Shown: positions 39,405-49,685 of the stretch, in pieces
Layout of the letters: every line of letters starts with the position of its first letter
How positions within the stretch are numbered: position 1 is the stretch's first letter
NCBI GenBank assembly: GCA_012441205.1
Contig: GCA_012441205.1_4705.1
DNA length: 64,000 bases
DNA from: a phage
Reading direction: 5' to 3' (one strand)
The notes under the pieces: generated by a model
The model's database searches: none
Told to the model about the DNA's origin: nothing
Seen by the model: only the letters and a program-made list of their open reading frames with translations
Position numbers and translations under genes: made by a program

Positions 39405-39687
39405 GTAACACCTCATCAAGATTATCACTTACGCCAGGCGGTACCACAATACCGGTACGAATCACAGCAGCAACTTCCTGCATGCCCTTACCCTTCAACG
39501 CATAGGTTTCATGTACCACATTACGTCGAGTCGTTAATCCAACAAATTTACATACAACCATGTTGTTTTCTGAAAGATAAGCGGTGTCGAGTTCACCGTG
39601 CAACAATTCTTTTTCTTTGGTATCAATACCTAATAACGCAATTTGATAAGCAGAAAGTTTCCAATAACGCATAATCGTCCTATTCAT
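39379..39687 (-). CDS. hypothetical protein (102 aa)
   Basis: ORF; start overlaps the dam stop. Confidence 0.45.
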   Translation of the reverse strand: MNRTIMRYWKLSAYQIALLGIDTKEKELLHGELDTAYLSENNMVVCKFVGLTTRRNVVHETYALKGKGMQEVAAVIRTGIVVPPGVSDNLDEVLHGTRKTAR

Positions 39688-40507
39688 AAACTATCAAATA
39701 TTCTGAAACCAAGTTTCTTGTTTCTACTTTTGCCGAAATCGTTCTTCGTACAGTTACAGGGTACAATTTTGTCGCCGAACTATAAATCTCTTCAGTCAAC
39801 GCACAAGCACTGTTGCTAATGATTGTAGGAATTCCCCGCGAGCGCAAGTTGTCAGCCTTTTCTGCAAGATAACGATGATCGTCTAATGTAAACCCCTCTT
39901 GAGTATAGCCCGTAAACGATGCGGTGGGGGAAATGGGAATATAAGGAGGGTCGCAATAAACGACGTCACCCGGAACCACCTTTTCAAGATGCTTCTGGAA
40001 CCCACCACTTACAATTTCTACCCCCCCCCCCTCGACGAAGGCAGCCTGAAGATGGTTCGCTGCCAGACGCAATTCCTGTTTCGGGAAATAGACGGTCTTA
40101 TACCGCCCATGCGCAACATTAAATAAACCATCACGATTATAACGACATAAGCCATTGAAACCGTAACGGTTTAAATACATGAAGCAAACTGCGCGTTCCC
40201 ACGGATCTTCAGCGCGGTTAAAACGTTCACGTATCTCGTAGTAGCTTCTGACGTCGGTAGGATCCGTTTGAAAAAGACGTTCCACTTCTTCGATGAAAGA
40301 TTCTGGACGCGCTAGCAACGCAGACCATACTGAGAGAATATCCTCATTCGCATCACCTATCGAATACGCTGGGTACTTAAGAGCAAGCGTAACAGCGCCG
40401 GAACCAACGAATGGTTCAACAAGACGCTTTCCTTTAGGTAACACTTTTTCAATCTCAGGGATAAGCCTGGTTTTGTTCCCAAGCCATTTAAGAAATGTTC
40501 TGCTCAT
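39680..40507 (-). CDS. dam: Dam-type DNA N6-adenine methyltransferase (275 aa)
   Basis: WLGNKTRL, SAM-binding EPFVGSGAV, catalytic DPPY. Confidence 0.85.
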   Translation of the reverse strand: MSRTFLKWLGNKTRLIPEIEKVLPKGKRLVEPFVGSGAVTLALKYPAYSIGDANEDILSVWSALLARPESFIEEVERLFQTDPTDVRSYYEIRERFNRAEDPWERAVCFMYLNRYGFNGLCRYNRDGLFNVAHGRYKTVYFPKQELRLAANHLQAAFVEGGGVEIVSGGFQKHLEKVVPGDVVYCDPPYIPISPTASFTGYTQEGFTLDDHRYLAEKADNLRSRGIPTIISNSACALTEEIYSSATKLYPVTVRRTISAKVETRNLVSEYLIVYE

Positions 40508-40922
40508 CGATTGGCGTTCCGATAATGTTGATGACTATTTCCGTTCGAACCGGATTGGTCAGTACGGCCTGCATGCATTCAAGCATTGTTGGGTTATCCG
40601 TAACCACCACATCGGCGTAACACAACGGATGGCTTTCGAACGCTTCGGTATCACTTACTAACAGAACACCCATCACATTTACGTATTGCGGTATGCGACC
40701 ACGAATGCGTTGCCACATGTCTTGAGTAAGGTCCTCGCTTTCTAATGCAACCACAACAACAGGACTGATATTTACCGGAAAACGCGGATGCACCGTACGA
40801 CGAAATGTTATCCAGTTTTCGATGTGGGATAATGCAAGTTCGAGAGAACAGCATTTTGGAGAAATCTGTATGTTTATTTGTTGAATCAATGAAAGGGGGT
40901 TTTGTACAGTCGCTTCAGCCAT
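40488..40922 (-). CDS. hypothetical protein (144 aa)
   Basis: ORF. Confidence 0.5.
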   Translation of the reverse strand: MAEATVQNPLSLIQQINIQISPKCCSLELALSHIENWITFRRTVHPRFPVNISPVVVVALESEDLTQDMWQRIRGRIPQYVNVMGVLLVSDTEAFESHPLCYADVVVTDNPTMLECMQAVLTNPVRTEIVINIIGTPIDEQNIS

Positions 40923-41900
40923 TTACTTTTTCCTGAAAATTAATGTTGGTAAGCCGTTTCTTACAGCATAATACAACACTAAGAGGTTAATCTTACCTGC
41001 GGATACCGTAAGCATTTTACGACGACGTGGTAAACTAACCGGTACGGTAGATGCCATCGTTGCGCTGTTCTTGAACGTTTGGGAATAACGTCGCAGCGAC
41101 GCTTCACCTAACAATGGAAGGAACAGATCCTCAGTAAGAATATCATCGCAGATATACGTAATCGCAAGTAACGGTGGATTCCACTCGTTCAGGAACTCGA
41201 AAATCTCGTTTGCGATACCCAGCGCGTTATTGGGAAGCGGAACCTCACGAACGTATTTCTGATTGCCTTTATCCAGCAGGATTCTTGACATACAGTAATC
41301 GTGGATTATACCCGCAACATCATCCGCTGTTTCTGCGTTCTGCATCAACGCCCGTGCTTCTTCCCAGGTCAGCTGACGTTTTGTTTCGTAGTAGGTTGGT
41401 TTCAAAACCGCGTAAAAATCGTGGATTAAGCGACCAACATCCCCACGGGTTTTCTCTGCCAACGCGATCGCGTACGCTTTCTTCTCCGCATCCGTTAAGA
41501 TCTGATTACGCCACAGTTCGTATTCGTCTAACAGCTCGGTGTATTTGGCTGTCCATTCAGAGGAAAGATAATAACCAATACTGTCAATCAATGCGTGCGT
41601 TAAAACACCCAGACGCTCGCGTTTTGGATCGACTGACGGCTCATAGACAAAAGGTAGCTTCGGTTTTTCAAAGCCGCTGGCTACGACGGTATCTGAAAAA
41701 GCGTTAGCGAAAACACCCATCGGTTTCCATGACGTAAGGAGATCCTGATATAGCATCGGATGAACGTTATTAATCGCTGTGAGTTTATCATCGAAAAGAC
41801 TCACGCTTGGATGTTCAGCATTCGCAAGCTCAAAATAAATTCTTTCGAGCAACGCCTTTACCGCATCGCGTGTCTTATCGATTGGGCCAATAGAAGCCAT
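40923..41900 (-). CDS. hypothetical protein (325 aa)
   Basis: ORF. Confidence 0.6.
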   Translation of the reverse strand: MASIGPIDKTRDAVKALLERIYFELANAEHPSVSLFDDKLTAINNVHPMLYQDLLTSWKPMGVFANAFSDTVVASGFEKPKLPFVYEPSVDPKRERLGVLTHALIDSIGYYLSSEWTAKYTELLDEYELWRNQILTDAEKKAYAIALAEKTRGDVGRLIHDFYAVLKPTYYETKRQLTWEEARALMQNAETADDVAGIIHDYCMSRILLDKGNQKYVREVPLPNNALGIANEIFEFLNEWNPPLLAITYICDDILTEDLFLPLLGEASLRRYSQTFKNSATMASTVPVSLPRRRKMLTVSAGKINLLVLYYAVRNGLPTLIFRKK

Positions 41901-41914
41901 GTAAATTATCCTCG

Positions 41915-42181
41915 TTAAAAAGTACCCATGATCGATAGGGCAATATGGTCTTTGTTCACACGCGCATTTAACGACATATCGAGACCGTTTTTCTTAATAT
42001 GCCAGCGTGCCACCAGTTCCGGTTGGTCAACGGAATACAGCCCTTCTCGATGTTGATTCAACCATTTAGCAATTGGATGCAGTTTATCGGGATTGACCAC
42101 ACCCAATTCCAACCCACCGGGTGTTAATGGTTTAGAATAAAAGTCAAGTGCGTTCCGTAAAAAGTCATCCTCGATGCTCAT
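41915..42181 (-). CDS. hypothetical protein (88 aa)
   Basis: ORF; ATGA overlap with upstream small ORF. Confidence 0.5.
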   Translation of the reverse strand: MSIEDDFLRNALDFYSKPLTPGGLELGVVNPDKLHPIAKWLNQHREGLYSVDQPELVARWHIKKNGLDMSLNARVNKDHIALSIMGTF

Positions 42182-42294
42182 CGTAGCATACCTACCATGC
42201 CGATTACAGCAAACAGTACGCCGACAGCGCTATACGCAAGCAGCGCTTTAGCAACCCAAGATTTTATTTCCGTATACTCTTCATTATTCACCAT
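42178..42294 (-). CDS. small single-TM peptide (38 aa), not in the ORF track
   Basis: ATG preceded by GAGGTGAGAC; encodes MVNNEEYTEIKSWVAKALLAYSAVGVLFAVIGMVGMLR; stop overlaps next start. Confidence 0.3.
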   Translation of the reverse strand: MVNNEEYTEIKSWVAKALLAYSAVGVLFAVIGMVGMLR

Positions 42295-42371
42295 GTCTCA
42301 CCTCGTTCGGTTATTGTCTGATCTCATACCTTTACTTAAGCGTATCCCCCGTCATTAAGACGGGGTGTTTA

Positions 42372-42746
42372 TCACCAGAGACGATTACCTTCCTCGTCCC
42401 ACCAAGCAATCGCTCGTGTCGACTCGAATGTGTTAGGGCGTAACGTCATGCCCTTGCGGTCAACGATTAACCGCAACTCAGTACCGAACCACTCAATCGA
42501 GATAAACAAACCCTTCCGAATGATTGCTTGATAACCTGATAGCCGCTCAAAGAGTCGTTGAAAGATCTCATCATGCCCACACGACACTAATGCTTCTGAA
42601 TAGCGTCGCATCGATTTTGCATCGCTAGGTAAACGTGTTTTACAATCCCACCATAACACAGCGTACATCAGTGCAGCATTACGCAATCGTAACGATTGAA
42701 CTGGTGTTAGCTGTCGTCCTTCAACATCATCGATAATGACATACAT
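42372..42746 (-). CDS. hypothetical protein (124 aa)
   Basis: ORF. Confidence 0.55.
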   Translation of the reverse strand: MYVIIDDVEGRQLTPVQSLRLRNAALMYAVLWWDCKTRLPSDAKSMRRYSEALVSCGHDEIFQRLFERLSGYQAIIRKGLFISIEWFGTELRLIVDRKGMTLRPNTFESTRAIAWWDEEGNRLW

Positions 42747-42979
42747 CGCATCTTATTCCGCGCTTGTTTCCTTAACATGGACACATTCCGCATCGATAGT
42801 CACACCGGTAGAACGATGGGTCTCGTTGGTAGAATCAAATCCGCTGTTGAACAACACTGCGAATGTGTTATTATCCATACGAGCAAAGGTCTCCGCAATA
42901 CGATCGGGATGAAAATCAGTGCGGCTGATGGTCGATTTCACAAAAACTCCTATAAACAATTTAATTATTGGTATTAAGA

Positions 42980-43465
42980 TTAAAGCAGGATCTGCGGACA
43001 GCAGCATGATTCGTAACCACCTTCATGTGGTAACGTATTGCTGGTGTCAGGCCAAACGAGCTGAATACCCGCAACCTTTTTACCATATCGAGCGAAAGCC
43101 GCTATCGCATACACTTCGTTGAAGGATTCAATATCCTCTATTTCACGCACGTCAAGACGCAAGGTTTCACCCGTACCTTTCAGAGTTAGATTGCCATCGA
43201 ACGCGCCTAACGGGATGGTCTTTGCCTTCACCATGAAGTTACCCAGTTTGTTGATTGCTGAACCGAGAGCAGGGCAATAACCGGATACGAAGATTTCCGG
43301 CATTCCGTGTTCGGTTAGACCAACAGTATACATAAAGCCAGGCTCGTCGCTTCCCTCATCAGGAGCGACACTGATAATAGCCCATTGCTTTTTCTCGATA
43401 TATTCTTCGATAAAATCGTCCAGTTTTGAAAAATTGTTTTCATTAAGTTTAACTGTGTTACTCAT
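42980..43465 (-). CDS. hypothetical protein (161 aa)
   Basis: ORF with AAAGGA SD. Confidence 0.55.
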   Translation of the reverse strand: MSNTVKLNENNFSKLDDFIEEYIEKKQWAIISVAPDEGSDEPGFMYTVGLTEHGMPEIFVSGYCPALGSAINKLGNFMVKAKTIPLGAFDGNLTLKGTGETLRLDVREIEDIESFNEVYAIAAFARYGKKVAGIQLVWPDTSNTLPHEGGYESCCCPQILL

Positions 43466-43751
43466 GTTCTTTATCCTTTAATGCGTTTTCTAACCAGCGG
43501 ACATAACTTTCACGATAAAGGTGAATATGTCTTTTACCGTCGCGAAAGTTAGGGTCAATAAGATGAATCGCAGCATGGGTTGAGGTCGTCGCATGCTGTA
43601 AATGTTTTCGTGTTAATCGCCCAAGTTTTACCCAACGTTGAATATACCGTGCGTCTGCCGCTAAACAGGTACGTTCATCGATGAAAGGTACCAATACCTG
43701 AACGATACTACCGTAATACACCATCGAACTGTTGAACATCTGCGTCTCCAT
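43458..43751 (-). CDS. hypothetical protein (97 aa)
   Basis: ORF. Confidence 0.5.
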   Translation of the reverse strand: METQMFNSSMVYYGSIVQVLVPFIDERTCLAADARYIQRWVKLGRLTRKHLQHATTSTHAAIHLIDPNFRDGKRHIHLYRESYVRWLENALKDKEHE

Positions 43752-43769
43752 GCAAATGGATGGGGCGGA

Positions 43770-44078
43770 TTAGTGAAGAATTACCGTTTGCGATCCGTTC
43801 TCGTATTCGGTAAGTAACTCGTCATACCGACGATCGACTACCTTGATTGCATTATCGATCTCTGTCGTGTCTGATACAACAGATCGTTTCGCTTCCAGTC
43901 GATATACTAACGCATCACGCATACCCTCGGCTGCAGCGAGTTCACAGGTTGCTTGATGTTTATTATCCGAAAAGACGAAGAATGGTTTGTTCTCTTCATC
44001 GGCCAGGAAGTAGTTACGAATCTCAACCAACCTTTCATCTGGAACCAGTTCACATTTGTTTTCGTTCATTTTCATCAT
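43770..44078 (-). CDS. hypothetical protein (102 aa)
   Basis: ORF. Confidence 0.5.
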   Translation of the reverse strand: MMKMNENKCELVPDERLVEIRNYFLADEENKPFFVFSDNKHQATCELAAAEGMRDALVYRLEAKRSVVSDTTEIDNAIKVVDRRYDELLTEYENGSQTVILH

Positions 44079-44083
44079 CTCTC

Positions 44084-44416
44084 TTAAAGTTTTAACGTAT
44101 TGACGCCGCTTATAAAGGCGTTGATTTCATTGTCAATATTACCAGTTTGCTCGATAATCTTCTCCACGGTCAATCTTGGTTTGTTGTAAGCGATACATAC
44201 AGCATCGGGACCATTTCCATACATGCTCGCGACGTAAATTCGAAGTTCTTTTAAACGATCAAGTAACAACTGTGTGATATCCAGAACTTCTTCTGTGGCG
44301 GTCTGTGTGTTGCATTCGCGTAACTTGTGTTCTAACAGCGAAGTCGCAGCATCGAGCATGGATGTGTATTTACGGTAGTTATAAATATCAATTATAGCTG
44401 TCTGATTCATATACAC
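44084..44416 (-). CDS. hypothetical protein (110 aa)
   Basis: ORF. Confidence 0.5.
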   Translation of the reverse strand: MYMNQTAIIDIYNYRKYTSMLDAATSLLEHKLRECNTQTATEEVLDITQLLLDRLKELRIYVASMYGNGPDAVCIAYNKPRLTVEKIIEQTGNIDNEINAFISGVNTLKL

Positions 44417-44421
44417 GTTAT

Positions 44422-44790
44422 TTATTTATCGGGGTCTGGAAAATAGTAAAATCGCCAATGCAACATAGAAATCGCATTTCTTATTCGATTCGCACGAACA
44501 CGGCGTCCGAGAAAGGACTTGTAGCAAGAATCGCAATCCATAAACAACTCATGGCTCGATTTCATCAGAACCACGATATCTCTTATATACGAATTGCAGT
44601 ACTCGATAAACGGGTCTGTATCGTACGTATATTTCCTCGCACTACCTATCCCCAACCCTCTATTTAACTCACGACAATTTATCATGAGCTTCACATAACG
44701 GATAAGCCGAACGAAGTCACGTAAATTACGATTAAACCAATATCGATACCAAAATGACTGTATACTCCGAACAGTTCTATTTAACTTCAT
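44422..44790 (-). CDS. hypothetical basic protein (122 aa), in AT-rich island
   Basis: ORF; R/K/Y-rich. Confidence 0.45.
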   Translation of the reverse strand: MKLNRTVRSIQSFWYRYWFNRNLRDFVRLIRYVKLMINCRELNRGLGIGSARKYTYDTDPFIEYCNSYIRDIVVLMKSSHELFMDCDSCYKSFLGRRVRANRIRNAISMLHWRFYYFPDPDK

Positions 44791-45418
44791 TGATACCTTC
44801 TATTAGTTGTACAGCAACTTCTTTTTCGGTGCTATAAAAGAACTTGCGATGGAACTGAACAAGAAGTTTTTCGAATTTACATTGAACGATCTTTTTGCGT
44901 TCGATATGACCCAGGGAGAGCAAAGCACCCATGCAACGTACCGCTTGTTCGAGAACTTGTTTCGCGGTATCGTGATCGTCCGGTAACGGTAAATCTTCCT
45001 CATCGTCTTTAGCGATAAGGCGTCTGATGATGTTATCGATACGTATCTCATCACCGTTAATAAAAGCCCCCTTCTCCCAGTCATCGAATCGTTGATGGAT
45101 TCGACGTTGTAAGTTGGCCCTGTCTTCCATTAACTCTTTCAACTGGCTTTCTAAATGGGATACGGTACGGCGGTCGGTTTCAGTGAAGTTTTCCGATTCT
45201 TTGTACCACCAATCATTACGCGATAGTAAATCGTTAACGCGCGAAATCGTCCGACGACACTCACTAACAAGCCCGTCACCATTCGGTAGCTCTGTACCAA
45301 AATAGCATTTGTATTTATAACGCATAACACGGATTAAACGTTTCGCTAGAAAACCTTGCCTTTCCAGTTTCTTCTTCAGTTGTGTGTATTTCTCTTCTTT
45401 TGTTTCCATTAATTCCAT
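44777..45418 (-). CDS. hypothetical protein (213 aa), in AT-rich island
   Basis: ORF. Confidence 0.5.
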   Translation of the reverse strand: MELMETKEEKYTQLKKKLERQGFLAKRLIRVMRYKYKCYFGTELPNGDGLVSECRRTISRVNDLLSRNDWWYKESENFTETDRRTVSHLESQLKELMEDRANLQRRIHQRFDDWEKGAFINGDEIRIDNIIRRLIAKDDEEDLPLPDDHDTAKQVLEQAVRCMGALLSLGHIERKKIVQCKFEKLLVQFHRKFFYSTEKEVAVQLIEGINEVK

Positions 45419-45807
45419 GATGTTGTACCTCGTTCAGCAATCAGGAGAGTCGTGGTTGTGCTTTTCACTAATCTATTAAAGTCTTGATATATCCGCCTGA
45501 GGGATGATTTCAAATCACAATAACGGCTGAAATAAACCTTCAAGTCATCTTTTGTCACAGTCTCCGTATTTATTTTCGTAGAAACACCGAGATCGATAAA
45601 CTCTTTTCTTAATTGGGATAATTCATCAAGAAGTCGATGATGGCTTAGATAAATAACAGATTTATCGGATAACAACTCGCCGGTTATCCGGCTCTGGCGT
45701 TCATCGAAATATTGGAGCCGCCATTCAATTCGCTTACGTAATTTATCAAGTAAATCAACAAAAGCGGTATAGCTGTTAACGGCTAGGTTAACTTGACTCG
45801 TTATCAT
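45409..45807 (-). CDS. hypothetical protein (132 aa), in AT-rich island
   Basis: ORF. Confidence 0.45.
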   Translation of the reverse strand: MITSQVNLAVNSYTAFVDLLDKLRKRIEWRLQYFDERQSRITGELLSDKSVIYLSHHRLLDELSQLRKEFIDLGVSTKINTETVTKDDLKVYFSRYCDLKSSLRRIYQDFNRLVKSTTTTLLIAERGTTSWN

Positions 45808-46154
45808 TCCACTTTCTCCGTTATATGCTTTAAACTGTTACGTATACTTTTCAATCGATGGTTAAATCCGGAACGATAACATTTCCGTACATCCCGTGCT
45901 GATCGCGCTTTATTCGCCTGATTAAGCTGCTCATTCACCTGCGACGCTATACGTAAACGCTCTAATAAAGACCTCAACCGAACGACAACCAACGGCTGTT
46001 CTTTCACCTTCTCTAGTTTGAGTAAAGAGTCAATATGAAACTTTATTTCGATAATCTGATTCCTGTTTTTGCGGTACTGATGAATATACCAACATCGACG
46101 AAAATAGGCGATGTTTAGCATCGGGTAGATCCTTTTCAACGCTACCTCCAACAA
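45804..46154 (-). CDS. hypothetical basic protein (116 aa), in AT-rich island
   Basis: ORF. Confidence 0.4.
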   Translation of the reverse strand: MLEVALKRIYPMLNIAYFRRCWYIHQYRKNRNQIIEIKFHIDSLLKLEKVKEQPLVVVRLRSLLERLRIASQVNEQLNQANKARSARDVRKCYRSGFNHRLKSIRNSLKHITEKVE

Positions 46155-46339
46155 TACATCGGATTAGGCGCTTTATGGTATTTATAGATACCTACTTTCT
46201 TCTGTCTGCCTTTACCCGGGCCTCGTTTAATACGTTTGTTATAAACACGATCCAAATATCGATCAACGATAAATCGGGATAAATACACCGGATCGATATA
46301 AGCCAGGGTACCCGCTTCTGTTTCTTCGAGACATTGCAT
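46142..46339 (-). CDS. hypothetical small basic protein (65 aa); possibly a fragment
   Basis: short ORF; next ORFs follow in shifted frames. Confidence 0.3.
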   Translation of the reverse strand: MQCLEETEAGTLAYIDPVYLSRFIVDRYLDRVYNKRIKRGPGKGRQKKVGIYKYHKAPNPMYCWR

Positions 46340-46365
46340 GCGTAACCTCTCTTTCCTCTAAAAAG

Positions 46366-46572
46366 TCAGTCCAACATAAGCCATGGCATCGCTTTCGCGA
46401 TAGAATCCACCGCAGCATTTGCGATCCTTCGTTCGGTGGTTGGTACCACATGCGCCACGAACCGTTTTCCTTTATTGCAACCTTTCTTGTGTTTTCCTTT
46501 GACTAAACGAACACCAATCATGTCGTTGATAACATGATTTAGTATATGGCGCTGTAGAGAATTAATCATCAC
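46366..46572 (-). CDS. hypothetical small basic protein (68 aa); possibly a fragment
   Basis: short ORF. Confidence 0.3.
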   Translation of the reverse strand: MMINSLQRHILNHVINDMIGVRLVKGKHKKGCNKGKRFVAHVVPTTERRIANAAVDSIAKAMPWLMLD

Positions 46573-46738
46573 TTTTACTCCAGGCCGAGAAGATTCTCGG
46601 TTTTAGTTCTATCTGTCCGCATATCCAGGTGTATCTCCATTTACCTTTACGAGGACCTTTCTTATTTTTAACACCTATCAGAATACGATAGGGATATGAC
46701 CAAGCCATTCTAAACTCCTAAAATAAATCTCGATATTC

Positions 46739-47032
46739 TTAATGCAGTTGCTTCTTAAAACCTAATTTAAGAAGCGTCATTCTCTTGTCGATGGTATCTA
46801 ATGCTTCCAGCAAGGATTCACGCTGTTCTTTCGTAAGCATATCGACGCGTAGACGTTCGTTAATTTCCGCTTTAAGCTGTATAGGAAGGGTTTGTGTAAG
46901 TATGCTATCAGCCTCCATCTCGTAACTATTTTTCGGTGTGGGTAATGCTTCAGTAACACCAGTGAGATAAAAACCGATAGTGGTTACTCGTTCATCCATT
47001 GCTTCTAGCAGTTCAGAACTTACCTCATCCAC
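46739..47032 (-). CDS. hypothetical protein (about 97 aa, GTG start)
   Basis: track ORF start lies inside the thyA terminator hairpin; GTG at 47032 has GGAGAA SD. Confidence 0.45.
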   Translation of the reverse strand: MDEVSSELLEAMDERVTTIGFYLTGVTEALPTPKNSYEMEADSILTQTLPIQLKAEINERLRVDMLTKEQRESLLEALDTIDKRMTLLKLGFKKQLH

Positions 47033-47048
47033 GATAGTTCTCCGTATT

Positions 47049-47068
47049 AGGGTGGGCGTACCCACCCT
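47049..47068 (-). terminator. hairpin after thyA
   Basis: AGGGTGGG-cgta-CCCACCCT. Confidence 0.4.
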
Positions 47069-47079
47069 CAGTTGTTAAT

Positions 47080-48099
47080 TTACACCGCCACCTTAGCCTT
47101 GATAGCGGGGTGTGATTGATATCCGACGAACACAAAGTCTTCGTAACGGTAATCCGTAATACTTTCTGGTTTACGTACGATTGTTAGCTTCGGTAATGGA
47201 TACGGCTCACGACTAAGTTGTTCTTTAACCTGTTCGAAATGGTTGTGATAGATATGACAATCTCCACCTGTCCACACGAACTCACCAACGTCCATATTCA
47301 GCTGTTGGGCAAGCATATGTGTTAACAACGAGTATGATGCGACGTTAAAGCTCCAACCCAAGAGCGTGTCGCACGAACGTTGATAAAGCTGACAGGATAA
47401 AGCACGTGTTGGTACGTTATGCGCATTCAACCAGAGTTCTGTTTCACTGTGTCGTACATCATCCGTAACCCACTGGGTTCTTAGTACGTCATTGCGCTGG
47501 ACATAATCAACGCGTTCATCGATCGTGAGTTCGTGGGTATAGAACTGATAGAATGAATGGCACGGAGCGAGATGCATATCGTCTAAATCACCTACGTTCC
47601 ACGCGCTAACGATGATTCGTCGAGAATCAGGATCTTCTTTGAGTTGACGCATCATGTTTGCGATTTGGTCGTGGTGTTTAACATACAAGAGATGTTTGAC
47701 CATACCGGCGTCAACAACACCGCAATACTCATAGCCGCGTTGCATCAACTCACGAGTACGTTCTGTATCATGCGGAACAACCACTTTGTAGTCAATCCAT
47801 TCTCGCCATTGTCTGCCGTAAATCGGTCCTAGATTCCCTTCCTTATCAGCCCATTCATTCCAAATACGAACACCGTTATCTTGAAGATAAGCAACGTTTG
47901 TGTCGCCGTTAAGAAACCAGAGCAGTTCGTGGATAACGCTCTTAAGGTGAATCTTCTTGGTGGTTACCAGCGGAAATCCTTTCTTCAAGTCAAAACGCAT
48001 CTGACGCCCGAATACCGAACGGGTCCCGGTGCCCGTGCGGTCGGCCTTATCGCGACCGTTATCCATGATGTCTTGCAAAAGGTCCAAATACTGTTTCAT
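47080..48099 (-). CDS. thyA: thymidylate synthase (339 aa)
   Basis: active-site PCH motif and [11 protein letters not shown]...[14 protein letters not shown] signature. Confidence 0.9.
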   Translation of the reverse strand: MKQYLDLLQDIMDNGRDKADRTGTGTRSVFGRQMRFDLKKGFPLVTTKKIHLKSVIHELLWFLNGDTNVAYLQDNGVRIWNEWADKEGNLGPIYGRQWREWIDYKVVVPHDTERTRELMQRGYEYCGVVDAGMVKHLLYVKHHDQIANMMRQLKEDPDSRRIIVSAWNVGDLDDMHLAPCHSFYQFYTHELTIDERVDYVQRNDVLRTQWVTDDVRHSETELWLNAHNVPTRALSCQLYQRSCDTLLGWSFNVASYSLLTHMLAQQLNMDVGEFVWTGGDCHIYHNHFEQVKEQLSREPYPLPKLTIVRKPESITDYRYEDFVFVGYQSHPAIKAKVAV

Positions 48100-48299
48100 T
48101 TTAATCCTCTAAGTGTTTCGAGTAGTTCCTGAAATTTATAACGATATTTAGGATTGCTTAACGTGTAACAGCAGCCATGTAACACGTTATACGCGTAATC
48201 AACTTGTAAACCATGAACCTTCGGATCCGATGATAGATTCAATGGCACATCATCAAAAATCCACGCTTCAATGTTCTTCTTAGATTCCTTCGTTAACAT
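48096..48299 (-). CDS. hypothetical protein (about 67 aa)
   Basis: track ORF starts at GTG 48308; ATG at 48299 has GAGGTGA SD. Confidence 0.45.
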   Translation of the reverse strand: MLTKESKKNIEAWIFDDVPLNLSSDPKVHGLQVDYAYNVLHGCCYTLSNPKYRYKFQELLETLRGLK

Positions 48300-48372
48300 C
48301 GTTTTCACCTCGTAGTAAAAATAAATAGAGTTTTTGTCGAGACGCCCTAATTACTTACAACGTAGGTTATCC

Positions 48373-49257
48373 TCAATAACGACCGTAGCGTTCCTCGAGC
48401 CGTTTTGGTTTTCTCAGAAGGCTATCTTTAAGTGGTACGACGTCGATATCAACACTCTCTGAGTAATAGCCGTTAGAACTACCATACCAACGGATAACAA
48501 CACAACCCTTTGCAGTACGGATATGGTAAAATGTCCATTGTATACGTTCGCTGTAATAACCGTAGTTATCGGTTCTTTCCTCGGTTCTTTCTTCAGCACT
48601 GAGTATCTTTTCACCGATGATATCATTAATATCGCCGTCAATGTCTTCAAGATACACCTCTTCGCAGCAATCCTGCTGATGACAGAATTCGACAACGTTT
48701 CCATCACCACGATAGAAAAGAAGGGCGATACCGTTTCGTAATTGCTCGCTCGTTACATCAGACACACAATGCAAACTTTTATCGTCGGTAATCACCAAGA
48801 CGTTGTTGATTACATGTCCGGCAAGCGCTCCGATCTTATTTACCGTGATAATCGGACGAACCGGTTCAGATTGAACGATAGGAATACGGACACAACCAAT
48901 TAAAGCCATCCGTCCTTTCTTTGGTCTAACCGCAAGGTAAGGTGATTTTCTTGGGTGGTTATGCAGACGTATTTCTAATTCGTCAAATTTAATCCCGTAT
49001 ATACCTAAGAAACGATCGAACAACCGATGAAACTCATCTGTTGCTTCTTCCAACGTTATGGTGTCTACCGTGAGTTTATGTCCCCTGAACACCCGGGTTA
49101 TATCGATAACGTCCAGTGTTTTAAAATGTATTTCCGTAAGGGGGTGATTTGTATTTTCCAGGTAAGTAATTGTTCTTTGAACCACGATTTTAGGTTGCGC
49201 ACCTTTAAAACGTTTCAGGTATTTAACACGATAGCGTGTATGATCTGATGTTAACAT
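48373..49257 (-). CDS. hypothetical protein (about 294 aa)
   Basis: track ORF start lies inside an upstream terminator hairpin; ATG at 49257 has GGAGAGGAG SD. Confidence 0.55.
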   Translation of the reverse strand: MLTSDHTRYRVKYLKRFKGAQPKIVVQRTITYLENTNHPLTEIHFKTLDVIDITRVFRGHKLTVDTITLEEATDEFHRLFDRFLGIYGIKFDELEIRLHNHPRKSPYLAVRPKKGRMALIGCVRIPIVQSEPVRPIITVNKIGALAGHVINNVLVITDDKSLHCVSDVTSEQLRNGIALLFYRGDGNVVEFCHQQDCCEEVYLEDIDGDINDIIGEKILSAEERTEERTDNYGYYSERIQWTFYHIRTAKGCVVIRWYGSSNGYYSESVDIDVVPLKDSLLRKPKRLEERYGRY

Positions 49258-49319
49258 TTTAATCTCCTCTCCCGACTTCAGAGAATTCTTAAAATCCGTT
49301 AGTTTTGATAGATAGGGTA

Positions 49320-49353
49320 AGACGGCATAAAAGCCTCCCATTACGGGAGGCTT
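49320..49353 (-). terminator. intrinsic terminator after CDS 49365..49634
   Basis: AAGCCTCCC-GTAAT-GGGAGGCTT followed by TTTTAT on minus strand. Confidence 0.5.
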
Positions 49354-49364
49354 CATTAATCAGC

Positions 49365-49634
49365 TTATTTCACGTTAGAATCGAGAACCTCACGAACGGT
49401 TTTATCCGTACAACCACGAGCGATGTATGCATTAAGATCATCACGTAATTTACGCATCGTTGTTTTATCCGCATCAGAAACATCTGACTTGGTAAGACGG
49501 AATGCGATTGCATCGCGAATTTTATTCAACGTTGCTGGGTTATTACGCTGTTCTGCAAATACCGCTTTGATGAACTTATCGCTATCTTTCGAAGCAATAG
49601 CAGCATCAAGAATCTCAATATGCTTTTCAGACAT
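49365..49634 (-). CDS. hypothetical protein (89 aa)
   Basis: ORF. Confidence 0.5.
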   Translation of the reverse strand: MSEKHIEILDAAIASKDSDKFIKAVFAEQRNNPATLNKIRDAIAFRLTKSDVSDADKTTMRKLRDDLNAYIARGCTDKTVREVLDSNVK

Positions 49635-49685
49635 CTTCTTTCCTTTATTAAACGATCATCGTCATATTCATTGCGCGTGACGTCG

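Noticed and set aside
46142-46339. GIYKY near the C-terminus of the small ORF as a GIY-YIG homing-endonuclease motif
   Set aside because: Only the GIY triplet matches; the downstream YIG, Arg and Glu positions are not recoverable in any frame. It is reported only as a possible decayed element.
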